Counted from the stretch's first letter, positions 10,367-19,659 are shown. The stretch is 64,000 nucleotides of DNA from a bacterium UBP13_UBA5359 (GCA_002410925.1 DHPR01000033.1:62001-126000), one strand, 5' to 3'. The notes: generated by a model from the sequence alone, not told the origin. Numbers and translations are program-made.

Positions 10367-10405
10367 TACGAAGGGCGGCCGAGTCATTCTCAGCCGCCCT
10401 TCGTA
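10367..10405. terminator. Hairpin between convergent genes (probably bidirectional terminator)
   Basis: TACGAAGGGCGGC...GCCGCCCTTCGTA 13-bp perfect stem. Confidence 0.75.
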
Positions 10406-10425
10406 ATCACCAAATTCTTTACAAA

Positions 10426-10686
10426 TTAGCAGAAGCTTTTCTTCAACTCTTCTATGATCAGTGATAAGCTGTAATTACGTGATATCAAAGAGTTGATATC
10501 ATCTATTTCGGATGCGTCCAGGCAGGGCCCGTCCGAAACGCCTTCGTCCCGGCTGATCTGCATCATCTGCCACCAGTCGAGGAGCTTTAACAGGAGATCA
10601 TTTTTAACAGCGTCGTTTAGGTCTTCCAACATTCCTATCTCTTTTTCAATGTCTTCGGAGAGTTCTATCAGCATAATCTCCTGCAT
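10426..10686 (-). CDS. Hypothetical acidic 86-aa protein
   Basis: G-rich SD before ATG; upstream TTGCAA-16 bp-TATAAT on the - strand; ends just before the shared hairpin. Confidence 0.6.
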   Translation of the reverse strand: MQEIMLIELSEDIEKEIGMLEDLNDAVKNDLLLKLLDWWQMMQISRDEGVSDGPCLDASEIDDINSLISRNYSLSLIIEELKKSFC

Positions 10687-10824
10687 ATTTTTCCCCCCAG
10701 TAATGACGGCGTCTTTTATGCGTATAATTATACACTATGGGTATTTATTTGCAATAATTACTGTCGCATGTTTGCTCATTCTGCTATATGGGTAATATTA
10801 GTTGTAAATTTAAGGAGGAATGCT

Positions 10825-11019
10825 ATGGACGAGAGAGAATACGGTACGGAGATCAAGGACCCGGTTTGCGGGTTATATGTCAATAAGGATGATGCAGAAA
10901 ATATTTCTGTATATGATGGAATAAAATATTATTTTTGTTCATTGGAATGCATGAATCTCTTCTTTGACGATCCGGACCATTATTCGGTCTGCGAAGCCGG
11001 GCGAAAGAGCGGCGAATAG
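10825..11019 (+). CDS. YHS/TRASH-domain small metal-binding protein
   Basis: SD AAGGAGG before ATG 10825; KDPVCG..V...YDGIKYYFCSLEC...F..DPDHY. Confidence 0.88.
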   Translation: MDEREYGTEIKDPVCGLYVNKDDAENISVYDGIKYYFCSLECMNLFFDDPDHYSVCEAGRKSGE

Positions 11020-11145
11020 CTTTACAAGAGACGGACAGGTCGTTACGGTCTGCCCGCCGGGGGTAATCTCTAGCGCTTCCTACAGCCTTTACGTGCTAAT
11101 ACTATTATGTTAAACTTTTCTCTAGCGGAGGCTGGAGAGCGACAA

Positions 11146-12075
11146 ATGGATTTATCGATTGTAATAGTTAGCTGGAACTCATTCGCAGAGTTACGGGATT
11201 GCATCGGCAGCCTGGTTGGCCAGGCTGATGAAGACTTTTCATACGAGATAATTCTGGTTGATAATGCTTCTTCAGATGACTCCGTTGCGTTGGTTCAAAA
11301 ATGTTTTCCGGTAGTAAGAATTATTGCTAACTATGAGAACAAGGGTTTTGCTGGAGCAAGTAACCAGGGTATACTGGCCTCAACCGGGCGCTTTGTTCTG
11401 TTGCTGAACCCTGATTCTGTTGTGGAGAGCGGTGTTTTAAAAGGTATAATAACTTTTATGGATGCTGCCCCGGATGCTGGTGCTTGTGGTTGCAAGCTGC
11501 TTGAAAGCGATAAGAGCTTGCAATATTCGGCTCGCTGTTTTCCGCATTTATCGGATGTTCTCATGAGCTTGCCGGGTATCTCCAGAATAATTCCTAATAA
11601 CCATTATAAACGCGAATATCTGATGATGAATTGGGATCATCGTCGTATCAGGACGGTAGAATGGATATCCGGCGCCTGTTTGGTTATGCGGCGGGAGGCT
11701 ATAGCTCAGGTCGGCTTGCTGGATGAGCGTTTTTTTATGTATTGTGAGGATATGGATTGGTGTTTCAGACTTTTCAAGACCTCCTGGAAGATATACTACC
11801 TGCCGCATTTGACTATAGTTCATCACAGGGGCGCCAGCAGCAGCCAGACGGCTCCTAGAATGATTCTGGCTCATCATATCAGCATGTGGAAATACGCACA
11901 GAAGCATCTTCGGGGCAATTGGCCTCGCTTGCTCTTTGCGCCGCTAACCGGATTCTTCCTGGCTATGCGAGTTGCACTTTTATTGCTCGGTTATCTGCTA
12001 TGTCAGGGTATATCGGGTAGAACAGAGAGCAGGGAGATATCGGCCGATGCAGCTAATGAAGCTTCAAATAGCTAG
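11146..12075 (+). CDS. GT2-family glycosyltransferase (WbbL/rhamnosyltransferase-like)
   Basis: DLSIVIVSWN, VDNASSD, NKGFA, LLNPD, SGACL, LDERFFMYCEDMDWC. Confidence 0.92.
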   Translation: MDLSIVIVSWNSFAELRDCIGSLVGQADEDFSYEIILVDNASSDDSVALVQKCFPVVRIIANYENKGFAGASNQGILASTGRFVLLLNPDSVVESGVLKGIITFMDAAPDAGACGCKLLESDKSLQYSARCFPHLSDVLMSLPGISRIIPNNHYKREYLMMNWDHRRIRTVEWISGACLVMRREAIAQVGLLDERFFMYCEDMDWCFRLFKTSWKIYYLPHLTIVHHRGASSSQTAPRMILAHHISMWKYAQKHLRGNWPRLLFAPLTGFFLAMRVALLLLGYLLCQGISGRTESREISADAANEASNS

Positions 12076-14176
12076 CTTGAAGCGCCTTCATATCTTCCCG
12101 ATAGTACTCTTTTTGCTGCCTTTCTATGCCGGAAAACCGTATTTTCCCGGTGTTACATCGGTTGTTCCTGTCACAATCTTTTCGGTAATCTTCATCGGTA
12201 TCTATCTTTATTATGCCTGGAAGAGGAAGAGCTTCTCTGCTTATATGGGTGTTCCATCTGTTCTGCTGATAGGGATCTATATTATTTCTGCATCACTATC
12301 AGTGAATCTCTTCCAAAGCCGCCAAAGCATCTATCTTTTGCTGGCAGGGTTGGCGGTATTTCAGATTTCCGCCGCTTTATCTGTTGATAAATTCGCTCGG
12401 CACCAATTGATGGAAGCTATTGGATATTCGGCCTCTTTTCTATCTATCTATGCTATCCTCTTTTCATTTAACATAGGAATGAGAAGCGGGCTCTATGCTA
12501 CTTTCTATAATTATAATGCCTTTGCCGGCTATCTCGCTTTATCGGCTTTGGCCTTGCCGGCTCTGGCCTTTTCCACATCAGATTCTCGATCGGATATCGG
12601 TCTGTTCTATCCTCTGCTCGGTTTTTTAACCATTTACCTGGTATGGATACGAAGCATAGCTTACGAAGGCCTGATAGTCTGGGCCTTCCTTTCAGGATTG
12701 ATGGCTCTTTCGGTCTATATTCTGCTACGGAGAGCAAGCCCGCGAATGCGATATATGCTCTTCTTTCTTCCTGTGCCTGTGGCTCTGGCTATGACCGGGT
12801 CCAGGGGAGGGCTGCTTTCGTTTATGGCGGCGGTGGCAGTGGCGCTGGTCATCATATATCTGAAGGAACCGACTATTCGCAAAGTGGTCGTCTGGCTTGC
12901 TGTGGCTATGGTGGCATTTATAGTCGTGTTGATATCTTCGCAACCAGGGCTGGCAGAGCGCTTTGCTCTTTTTTTTAAACCCTCTAACCGTTCTGATCTT
13001 TATCGTTGTCTGGCATGGAAGGGAACATGGAAGGCCTTCATCTCCCGACCATTTCTAGGGCATGGGCCGGGAACCTTTGCTTCAATTTATCCTGTATATA
13101 AGGCAGGCGGAGTAGATACGCTTATGGCGCATAATAGCTATCTTCAGCTGCTGGCGGAGACGGGTGCAACCGGGTTGGCGGTGCTGATTGCCTTTATGAT
13201 TGCTTCGCTAACGGGTTTGTATACCTGCTTAAAGAATTCTGTGCAGCTCAGCGCAATCGCGGCAGTACTATCGGCAGGAATAGTTGCTATGGCAATTCAT
13301 AATGCGGTCGACTACACCTGGTATATTCCATCTCATCAAATTCTCTTTATGGCTATTCTTGGCTCTCTATCCGCTCTTAGGTTGGATATAACAGATACCA
13401 ATCCTTTGCAGTTCAAGTCTCTCCCGAACAGGGTATCAGGCGCCGCAATGGCTCTTTTAACGGCCTTGTCGGCCATAGCCGCTCTGGTATGGAGCATGCC
13501 GGCGGCAATAAAGTATGATAAGGGAATAGCGGATCTGAATAATGGCTGGCGCTCTTATGCTGAAACAGAGATAGCTCGCGCAGTGGCCGGTGATTCATGG
13601 TCGGGGGCATATATCGTTGCTCTGGCCGATATATGCTCATATGATGCTGATAGTAATTATGACGCTGTTAAATTATATCGGCAGGCAATAGCTCTTGAAA
13701 GGATAAATCCTTACTATCGCCTTCGCCTAGCGAAGCATTTAATGCATAAAGGCGATTACGACGAAGCGATAACGGAAGCTCGCAAAGCCTTGAAGCTATC
13801 ACCTGCTTTGCGCGCCGGCTGGCGGCTTATTGGTGACGCCGAAGCGATGAAAAAACAATATGCAGAAGCCATACGGGCCTATAAGCGTGTTCTGCATATA
13901 AGTTATATGCCTTATGAGAGCGAAAAATATTTACCTCTCGGGGAGTTACTGCCTCGCACGGAAGAGGGCAAAGCCTTGCTGGGGTTGGGACATATATATA
14001 TTCAGCAGGGCAAGCAGAGCGAGGCTCGTAATTCTCTGGCAGAGGCTCGCCGCATATTCAGCCGCTATGTAGAGAGTGTGGAGAAAAACCCGATATTGTT
14101 TAATAAAAGGCGGGAAGCGGAAGAATATAAGGGTATAATCCTCTCAATTGATGAGCTGTTGAGACGGAAATTATGA
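12047..14176 (+). CDS. O-antigen ligase (Wzy_C/WaaL-like) membrane protein with C-terminal TPR repeats
   Basis: Many TM segments; TGSRGG, R..AW, PFLGHGPGTF, AHNSYLQLLAETG motifs; C-terminal TPR-like helices (YRQAIALE, AITEARKALKLSP); start uncertain (ORF open from 11972). Confidence 0.85.
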   Translation: MQLMKLQIASLKRLHIFPIVLFLLPFYAGKPYFPGVTSVVPVTIFSVIFIGIYLYYAWKRKSFSAYMGVPSVLLIGIYIISASLSVNLFQSRQSIYLLLAGLAVFQISAALSVDKFARHQLMEAIGYSASFLSIYAILFSFNIGMRSGLYATFYNYNAFAGYLALSALALPALAFSTSDSRSDIGLFYPLLGFLTIYLVWIRSIAYEGLIVWAFLSGLMALSVYILLRRASPRMRYMLFFLPVPVALAMTGSRGGLLSFMAAVAVALVIIYLKEPTIRKVVVWLAVAMVAFIVVLISSQPGLAERFALFFKPSNRSDLYRCLAWKGTWKAFISRPFLGHGPGTFASIYPVYKAGGVDTLMAHNSYLQLLAETGATGLAVLIAFMIASLTGLYTCLKNSVQLSAIAAVLSAGIVAMAIHNAVDYTWYIPSHQILFMAILGSLSALRLDITDTNPLQFKSLPNRVSGAAMALLTALSAIAALVWSMPAAIKYDKGIADLNNGWRSYAETEIARAVAGDSWSGAYIVALADICSYDADSNYDAVKLYRQAIALERINPYYRLRLAKHLMHKGDYDEAITEARKALKLSPALRAGWRLIGDAEAMKKQYAEAIRAYKRVLHISYMPYESEKYLPLGELLPRTEEGKALLGLGHIYIQQGKQSEARNSLAEARRIFSRYVESVEKNPILFNKRREAEEYKGIILSIDELLRRKL

Positions 14177-14229
14177 TATAATGACAATAATAGTATTATT
14201 CCCATAATATTATCAGGGTGGTGATCTGA

Positions 14230-14520
14230 ATGATTCCGATGGACCCCCAGGATGCCAGGATAAATTTTCAGGTACGTGCCATTCTCAACAGCCGCTATAT
14301 TGATACTAGCAAGGTGGATTATTTTACAATTAAAGGAACGGTATATCTGCGAGGACCCATGAAGCAATTAAAGGGCGGACGCACGGTAGTCATATCGGAG
14401 ATCAATAATATAGTGGAGAGTATTTCCCGCATCACCGGTGTCAAAGATGTAGTTAACGAGATGACACTGGTTGAACTGAAGAAGATCTCTGAAGCAGCTG
14501 TAACAGAAGAAGCGGAATAA
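14230..14520 (+). CDS. BON-domain protein
   Basis: D..I...VRAIL...KGTVYLRG...ITGVKDVVNEM pattern of a single BON domain. Confidence 0.65.
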   Translation: MIPMDPQDARINFQVRAILNSRYIDTSKVDYFTIKGTVYLRGPMKQLKGGRTVVISEINNIVESISRITGVKDVVNEMTLVELKKISEAAVTEEAE

Positions 14521-14552
14521 GAACAAGAGAGGGGAAGGAGAGAGATATCTAT

Positions 14553-14990
14553 ATGAGCCGGGTGCTGATATTACACGGGCCGAACCTTAATTTGCTGGGA
14601 CGAAGGGAACCTGAAAAATACGGTTATATAACTCTTAGCGAGATAAACGATAGATTGCATGCTTTAGCAGCGGAATTGAATCTGGAACTTGAGATTGTAC
14701 AGTCAAATCATGAGGGAGCTCTTATTGATGCTCTGCATGAAACGAAGGCCGGTGTGGTTGTTGTCAATGCCGGAGCTTTGACTCATTACAGCTATGCGCT
14801 GGCTGATGCTCTTCGGGCTACTGAGGCTTATAAGATAGAGGTGCATATGACAAATGTTTTTGCCAGAGAGGCTTTCAGGCAGCATTCTGTCATCTCTCCT
14901 GCTGTTAGCGGTGCTATTTGCGGTTTCGGTGTTAACAGCTATCTCCTTGGCCTTCGAATGGCGGCTGAGTTTTTAAAGGGTAATGTGTGA
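14553..14990 (+). CDS. aroQ: Type II 3-dehydroquinate dehydratase
   Basis: HGPNLNLLGRREPEKYG, QSNHEG, NAGALTHYS, IEVHMTN, FRQHSVIS. Confidence 0.97.
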   Translation: MSRVLILHGPNLNLLGRREPEKYGYITLSEINDRLHALAAELNLELEIVQSNHEGALIDALHETKAGVVVVNAGALTHYSYALADALRATEAYKIEVHMTNVFAREAFRQHSVISPAVSGAICGFGVNSYLLGLRMAAEFLKGNV

Positions 14991-16051
14991 ATAGGCTTGC
15001 AGCCCTGCGGGCATCTATGACAGAGACCGGCATCGATTTTCTTGTGCTGGCCGGTAAAGAGGATATCTTCTATCTGAGCGGGTTTTACGGCAGCAGAGCG
15101 CTTTCTCTTATAACTTTGGACGTTGCGCTTCTCTGTGTCGATTTTAGATATACGGAACAGGCTGCAAAGCAAGCATCCGGATGGGAGATTATCGGCAGTT
15201 TCGATGAGCTCTTTTTTCGACTCAGGGATATGATTTTTGCTGCCGGGAACGATAAGCTTTACTTTGATCCTGTCGGTATGGGGTATCTTGATTATGTGAA
15301 ACTGGCTGAGGCTCTGCCCGGCTGCGATCTTCTGCCCTCTGAACAAATGATGCGTAGGCTGCGTGCGGTGAAAGATTCCGATGAGGTGGAGCTTATTGTT
15401 CAGGCGCAATATTTGGCGGAGAGCTCATTTACAGATATCGTCAACCGCGGCTTGTGTGACCGTTCGGAGAAGATGTTGGCTGCGGATATAAATTGCGCCA
15501 TGATCCAAGACGGGGCTGATAAACCGGCTTTCGATACCATTGTCCTTGCCGGCTCCAGGTCGTCCATGCCCCATGCTGAAGCTGGAGAGAATCGGGTTGG
15601 CTGGAACGATAGCGTGCTCATTGATTGGGGCGCAAGACGAAAGTATTATAATTCCGATACTACCAGGATGCTTTTTTGCGGCAGGATGGACGCTCGGTTG
15701 AATAAAATCTATGATATTGTCCTGCAAGCGCAAACAATGGCTTTGGAGGCGGCGGTTCCCGGCATGCCCTGTTGTGACCTGGATCGCATAGCTCGTGAAT
15801 TTATCAGCAATAATGGATATGGGGATAACTTTGGCCATGGGCTGGGACACGGCGTCGGCCTGGAGATACACGAATTGCCGGTGCTCAATCCTTCCAGCCA
15901 GGAAGTATTGCAGCCAGGAATGGTAATTACCGTAGAGCCGGGTATTTACCTGCCTGATATAGGGGGCGTAAGGATAGAGGATCTCGTTTTGATAACCGAG
16001 AATGGGAACAAAAACCTGACAGGACTTTCTAAAGAGAGAATAATAATGTAA
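14987..16051 (+). CDS. Xaa-Pro aminopeptidase (M24B, YqhT-like)
   Basis: Creatinase-like N-domain; IDWG, SDTTR, HGLGHGVGLEIHE, TVEPGIY, GVRIED; typical position upstream of efp. Confidence 0.93.
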   Translation: MNRLAALRASMTETGIDFLVLAGKEDIFYLSGFYGSRALSLITLDVALLCVDFRYTEQAAKQASGWEIIGSFDELFFRLRDMIFAAGNDKLYFDPVGMGYLDYVKLAEALPGCDLLPSEQMMRRLRAVKDSDEVELIVQAQYLAESSFTDIVNRGLCDRSEKMLAADINCAMIQDGADKPAFDTIVLAGSRSSMPHAEAGENRVGWNDSVLIDWGARRKYYNSDTTRMLFCGRMDARLNKIYDIVLQAQTMALEAAVPGMPCCDLDRIAREFISNNGYGDNFGHGLGHGVGLEIHELPVLNPSSQEVLQPGMVITVEPGIYLPDIGGVRIEDLVLITENGNKNLTGLSKERIIM

Positions 16052-16093
16052 AATAGTTGACAGCCTAGTAGCCTGAGTGTGGGGGAGGAAAAG

Positions 16094-16657
16094 ATGATAT
16101 CAACTGCTGAATTTAAAAATGGATTGACGATCGAATTGGATGGAGATGCCTATGCCATAATAGAATTTCAACATGTCAAGCCTGGAAAGGGAGGGGCGTT
16201 TGTTCGAACCAAGCTCAGAAATGCGAAAACAGGGAATGTTCTGGAGAAGACCTTCCGCGCAGGAGAGAAGATGCCCCGCGCTATCATAGAGCGCAAGAGG
16301 ATGCAGTTTCTTTACGAGAGCGATAATCAATATTATTTTATGGATGTGAATACTTACGAGCAGGATCACCTTACTGCCGATCAGCTCGGTTCTGCAGTTA
16401 AATATCTCAAGGAAGAGATGATGGTGGATATTCTGGTATTTGATGGCAAGCTTATCGGAGTAGAACTGCCGGGTGCGGTTGAGCTCAGGGTAGCTGAAAC
16501 AGATCCCGGAGTGAGGGGGGACACCGCCTCAGGAGGATCAAAGCCTGCTACGCTGGAAACCGGAGCTGTTATCCAGGTGCCTCTTTTTATTGAAGTTGGG
16601 GATATTCTGCGGGTGGATACCAGGACAGATAGCTATGTTGAAAGAGTAGCGCAGTGA
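16094..16657 (+). CDS. efp: Elongation factor P
   Basis: [45 protein letters not shown] before ATG 16094. Confidence 0.98.
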   Translation: MISTAEFKNGLTIELDGDAYAIIEFQHVKPGKGGAFVRTKLRNAKTGNVLEKTFRAGEKMPRAIIERKRMQFLYESDNQYYFMDVNTYEQDHLTADQLGSAVKYLKEEMMVDILVFDGKLIGVELPGAVELRVAETDPGVRGDTASGGSKPATLETGAVIQVPLFIEVGDILRVDTRTDSYVERVAQ

Positions 16658-17025
16658 TGGCAGGACTTTTGGAGGAGCTTGCTTACACTAAGGGCCTGGC
16701 TGAAGGGTTGCTGGAAGGCGCAGAAAGTGAAGCTGTGGTGCGTATTATTAAGCGTTTACTGGCTTTGACGGAGCTTATGGCTTCCAGAATCACCGAATTA
16801 GAGCTACAGCAGAAGAAACTGGGAGAGTATATAGAAACGGTCGATGGAGATCTGGACAGGCTGGAGCGGACTGCTTACGGTATAAGCGAGGACGCTGTGG
16901 CGGAGAGCGAATGCCCTTCCTGTAAGGAGCAGCTTGTTTATGATTCCGATGTATTGAACCATGGCGGCAAAGTGGAGTGTCCGGCCTGCCATCAAAGTGT
17001 TCTTCTGGAGGCCGTTGAGCGATAA
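16657..17025 (+). CDS. CD1247-N-like coiled-coil protein with C-terminal zinc ribbon
   Basis: LAYTKGLAEGL N-terminus, coiled coil, CPSC...CPAC; TGATG coupling to efp as in Clostridia. Confidence 0.75.
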   Translation: MAGLLEELAYTKGLAEGLLEGAESEAVVRIIKRLLALTELMASRITELELQQKKLGEYIETVDGDLDRLERTAYGISEDAVAESECPSCKEQLVYDSDVLNHGGKVECPACHQSVLLEAVER

Positions 17026-17037
17026 AGGAGGCTGTCA

Positions 17038-17463
17038 ATGGATATCGAAGAGATTCAAAGGGCCTTAAATATTATGGATGATAACGGTTTAAGCGAGTTA
17101 TTTCTTCAAATCGGCGATACAGCTCTGATGTTGAAGCGTGATCTGCCGGTTCAGGAGGAATTGACGGCTTGCATATGCGAGGAGCCTGCGGATGTCGAAG
17201 CGCAGCCGGCTGAAACTCTTTCCGAAACCTCGATAAATGCCGGTATGGTGGGAGTGCTGCATTTAACCGATAAGCATGGCCTGCCTATTGTAACGGTAGG
17301 CGGGAGAGTATCTAAAGGGCAGACCGTCTGTGTCATAGAAGCTATGAAAATACGCCATGATATCAAGAGCGTTCATAACGGCGTGGTATCGGAGATTATT
17401 ACTCAGGACGGCGTCCCTGTAGAGTACGGGCAGCCGCTGATGATTATCAAACGGGAGGGATAA
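17038..17463 (+). CDS. accB: Biotin carboxyl carrier protein of acetyl-CoA carboxylase
   Basis: MDIEEI..L..N-terminus, biotinylation motif IEAMK, VEYGQPL; SD AAGGAGG. Confidence 0.9.
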   Translation: MDIEEIQRALNIMDDNGLSELFLQIGDTALMLKRDLPVQEELTACICEEPADVEAQPAETLSETSINAGMVGVLHLTDKHGLPIVTVGGRVSKGQTVCVIEAMKIRHDIKSVHNGVVSEIITQDGVPVEYGQPLMIIKREG

Positions 17464-17466
17464 GCG

Positions 17467-17847
17467 ATGAAACGCTTCTTTGATAAGCGCGGGCAGGCCG
17501 GGTTGACCTTTATAGGCATACTTGTAAGTATGGCCATACTCTTATTGCTGTTGCGATATTTTGTTTTTCCGGTCGGCACCACTTCTGCTGTAAAGACCGG
17601 TCTGCCGGAAGAGAGTCTGAAACGTGGCGAGGGCATCGTTTGCATGCAAAATTTGCGAAGCGTGCGCCAAAGCATCGAAGCATGGAAGGCTGGCAACGAT
17701 GGGGAGAACCCATTGTCGCTTGACCAATTGCCGGAGTATGGAAGAACGCCGGAGATATTCAAGTGCGCTGTAGGCAAAGAGACATATCTTTATGATGTGC
17801 AGACAGGTGCCGTCAAATGTCCTCACCCGGGACATGGCAGCTATTAG
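17467..17847 (+). CDS. Type IV pilin/pseudopilin-like protein
   Basis: Basic leader KRGQAG followed by hydrophobic helix LTFIGILVSMAILLLLL; C..NL..V..SIEAW...GENPLSL..L; C-terminal C...C-P-H-P-G-H. Confidence 0.7.
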   Translation: MKRFFDKRGQAGLTFIGILVSMAILLLLLRYFVFPVGTTSAVKTGLPEESLKRGEGIVCMQNLRSVRQSIEAWKAGNDGENPLSLDQLPEYGRTPEIFKCAVGKETYLYDVQTGAVKCPHPGHGSY

Positions 17848-17857
17848 GGGGTAGCGG

Positions 17858-19207
17858 ATGTTTAAAAAGGTTTTGGTAGCTAACAGAGGCGAGATTGCAG
17901 TAAGAATCATACGTGCCTGCAGGGAGATGGGCATACGTACCGTGGCCGTTTATTCCGAAGCAGATATAGATGCTCTTCATGTCCAGGTGGCGGATGAAGC
18001 CATATGCATAGGAGCTGCGCCCTCTCGTGACAGCTATCTTCACCTGTCCAATATTATAAGTTCCGCTGTGATAACTGGCTGCGAGGCCGTTCATCCCGGT
18101 TATGGCTTTCTGGCTGAGAACAAAGGCTTTGCCGAGCTATGCGAATCCTGCCAGATAAAATTTATCGGCCCTCCTCCTGAAGTGATAGAGCGTATGGGTG
18201 ATAAAGCGGCTGCCAGGGCTGCCATGATCTCGGCCGGCGTTCCGGTTGTGCCTGGCACCATCAGCGGTATTAACGGCCAGCGTGAAATCAGAGAGCTCGT
18301 CAAAAAATGCGGACTGCCTCTTATTATCAAGGCTTCGGCAGGTGGTGGCGGGCGCGGCATGCGAATAGTAAGAAGCGAAGCTGAGCTGGAGAACGCATTG
18401 CGCATGGCGGGTAATGAGGCTGAAGCTGCCTTCGGTAACGGTGAAGTCTATGCAGAGCATTACATTGAAGAGCCGCGGCATATCGAAATTCAGATAATCG
18501 CCGACCAATACGGGCGAATTGTTCATCTGGGCGAGAGGGATTGTTCTATTCAGAGAAGATATCAGAAGATTGTGGAGGAAGCACCCTCTCCCGTATTAAG
18601 GCAATCTAAACGCATAGCCATGGGCAAAGCTGCCGTCAAGGCTGCCAGAGCTATCGGCTATGTCAGTGCAGGCACTATAGAATTTCTATTGGATAAAGAT
18701 GGTAAATTCTATTTTATGGAAATGAACACTAGAATCCAGGTAGAGCATCCCGTGACCGAACAAATTACAGGCATTGACCTTGTAAAGGCTCAGATCGCTG
18801 TCGCAGCTGGTGAGAAGCTTCCATTTTGCCAGGATGATATAAGTATACATGGGCATGCAATCGAGTGTCGCATCAACGCTGAAGATCCTGATAATGGTTT
18901 TTCTCCATCCACAGGGATTATAGAGAGGTATCATCAGCCTGGGGGGCCGGGAATTCGCGTAGATAGTTGTGTCGGCCAGGGCACGGAAATTCCTCCGTAT
19001 TACGATTCACTTATCGGCAAGCTGATTGCCTGGGGGCGTGATCGCAATGAAGCTCTTGCCAGAATGGAGAGAGCACTAGCGGAATATGATATAGAGGGCA
19101 TAAAGACCACCTTGCCGTTCCACAAAAGAGTTATGCGCAGCGAGGCTTTTCGAAGCGGTAATTACCATACCGGCTTTATTGAGAAGCAGATGAACGAGCA
19201 AGGGTGA
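17858..19207 (+). CDS. accC: Biotin carboxylase
   Basis: KKVLVANRGEIA, HPGYGFLAEN, GGGGRGMR, ERDCSIQRR, EMNTRIQVEHPVTE, PYYDSLIGKL. Confidence 0.98.
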   Translation: MFKKVLVANRGEIAVRIIRACREMGIRTVAVYSEADIDALHVQVADEAICIGAAPSRDSYLHLSNIISSAVITGCEAVHPGYGFLAENKGFAELCESCQIKFIGPPPEVIERMGDKAAARAAMISAGVPVVPGTISGINGQREIRELVKKCGLPLIIKASAGGGGRGMRIVRSEAELENALRMAGNEAEAAFGNGEVYAEHYIEEPRHIEIQIIADQYGRIVHLGERDCSIQRRYQKIVEEAPSPVLRQSKRIAMGKAAVKAARAIGYVSAGTIEFLLDKDGKFYFMEMNTRIQVEHPVTEQITGIDLVKAQIAVAAGEKLPFCQDDISIHGHAIECRINAEDPDNGFSPSTGIIERYHQPGGPGIRVDSCVGQGTEIPPYYDSLIGKLIAWGRDRNEALARMERALAEYDIEGIKTTLPFHKRVMRSEAFRSGNYHTGFIEKQMNEQG

Positions 19208-19212
19208 GTCTT

Positions 19213-19659
19213 ATGGGAAAAAGAAGCCGTGCCAGAGAGAGAGCATTTCAAATATTATTTCAGATCGATGTAGGATGCATTGATGCCGGTGAGGCAATCA
19301 AAAATACCCTTGGGGAAACACAGCTGTCTGAAGAGGCTCGCAATTTTGCCATCGCTCTCGTACAGGGTACATTGAAGCATATCCATGAACTGGATGAACT
19401 GATAGCCAAGCATGCCAGAGGGTGGACCATAGAGCGTATGGTAAACGTGGACAGAACTATTATACGGATGGCTGCCTATGAATTGCTTTATCATACCGAG
19501 GTTCCTTATAAAGTCACCATCAATGAAGCGGTTGAGCTGGCTAAAAAGTATGGGACTGAGGATTCCGGTCTTTTTGTCAACGGAATACTGGGTGGAATTA
19601 TCAAGACTTCCGATAGATTAAAAGAGAAAAACCAGGAAGCGGAATTCAGGCGCCGATAA
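19213..19659 (+). CDS. nusB: Transcription antitermination factor NusB
   Basis: RSRARERAFQILFQ, W..ERM..VDR.IIR, INEAVELAKKYG, FVNGILG. Confidence 0.96.
   Translation: MGKRSRARERAFQILFQIDVGCIDAGEAIKNTLGETQLSEEARNFAIALVQGTLKHIHELDELIAKHARGWTIERMVNVDRTIIRMAAYELLYHTEVPYKVTINEAVELAKKYGTEDSGLFVNGILGGIIKTSDRLKEKNQEAEFRRR

Noticed and set aside
4503..11100. Prophage or integrative element at tRNA-Ser, suggested by the CI-like repressor
   Set aside because: No integrase, structural or replication genes, and no repeated att sequence seen
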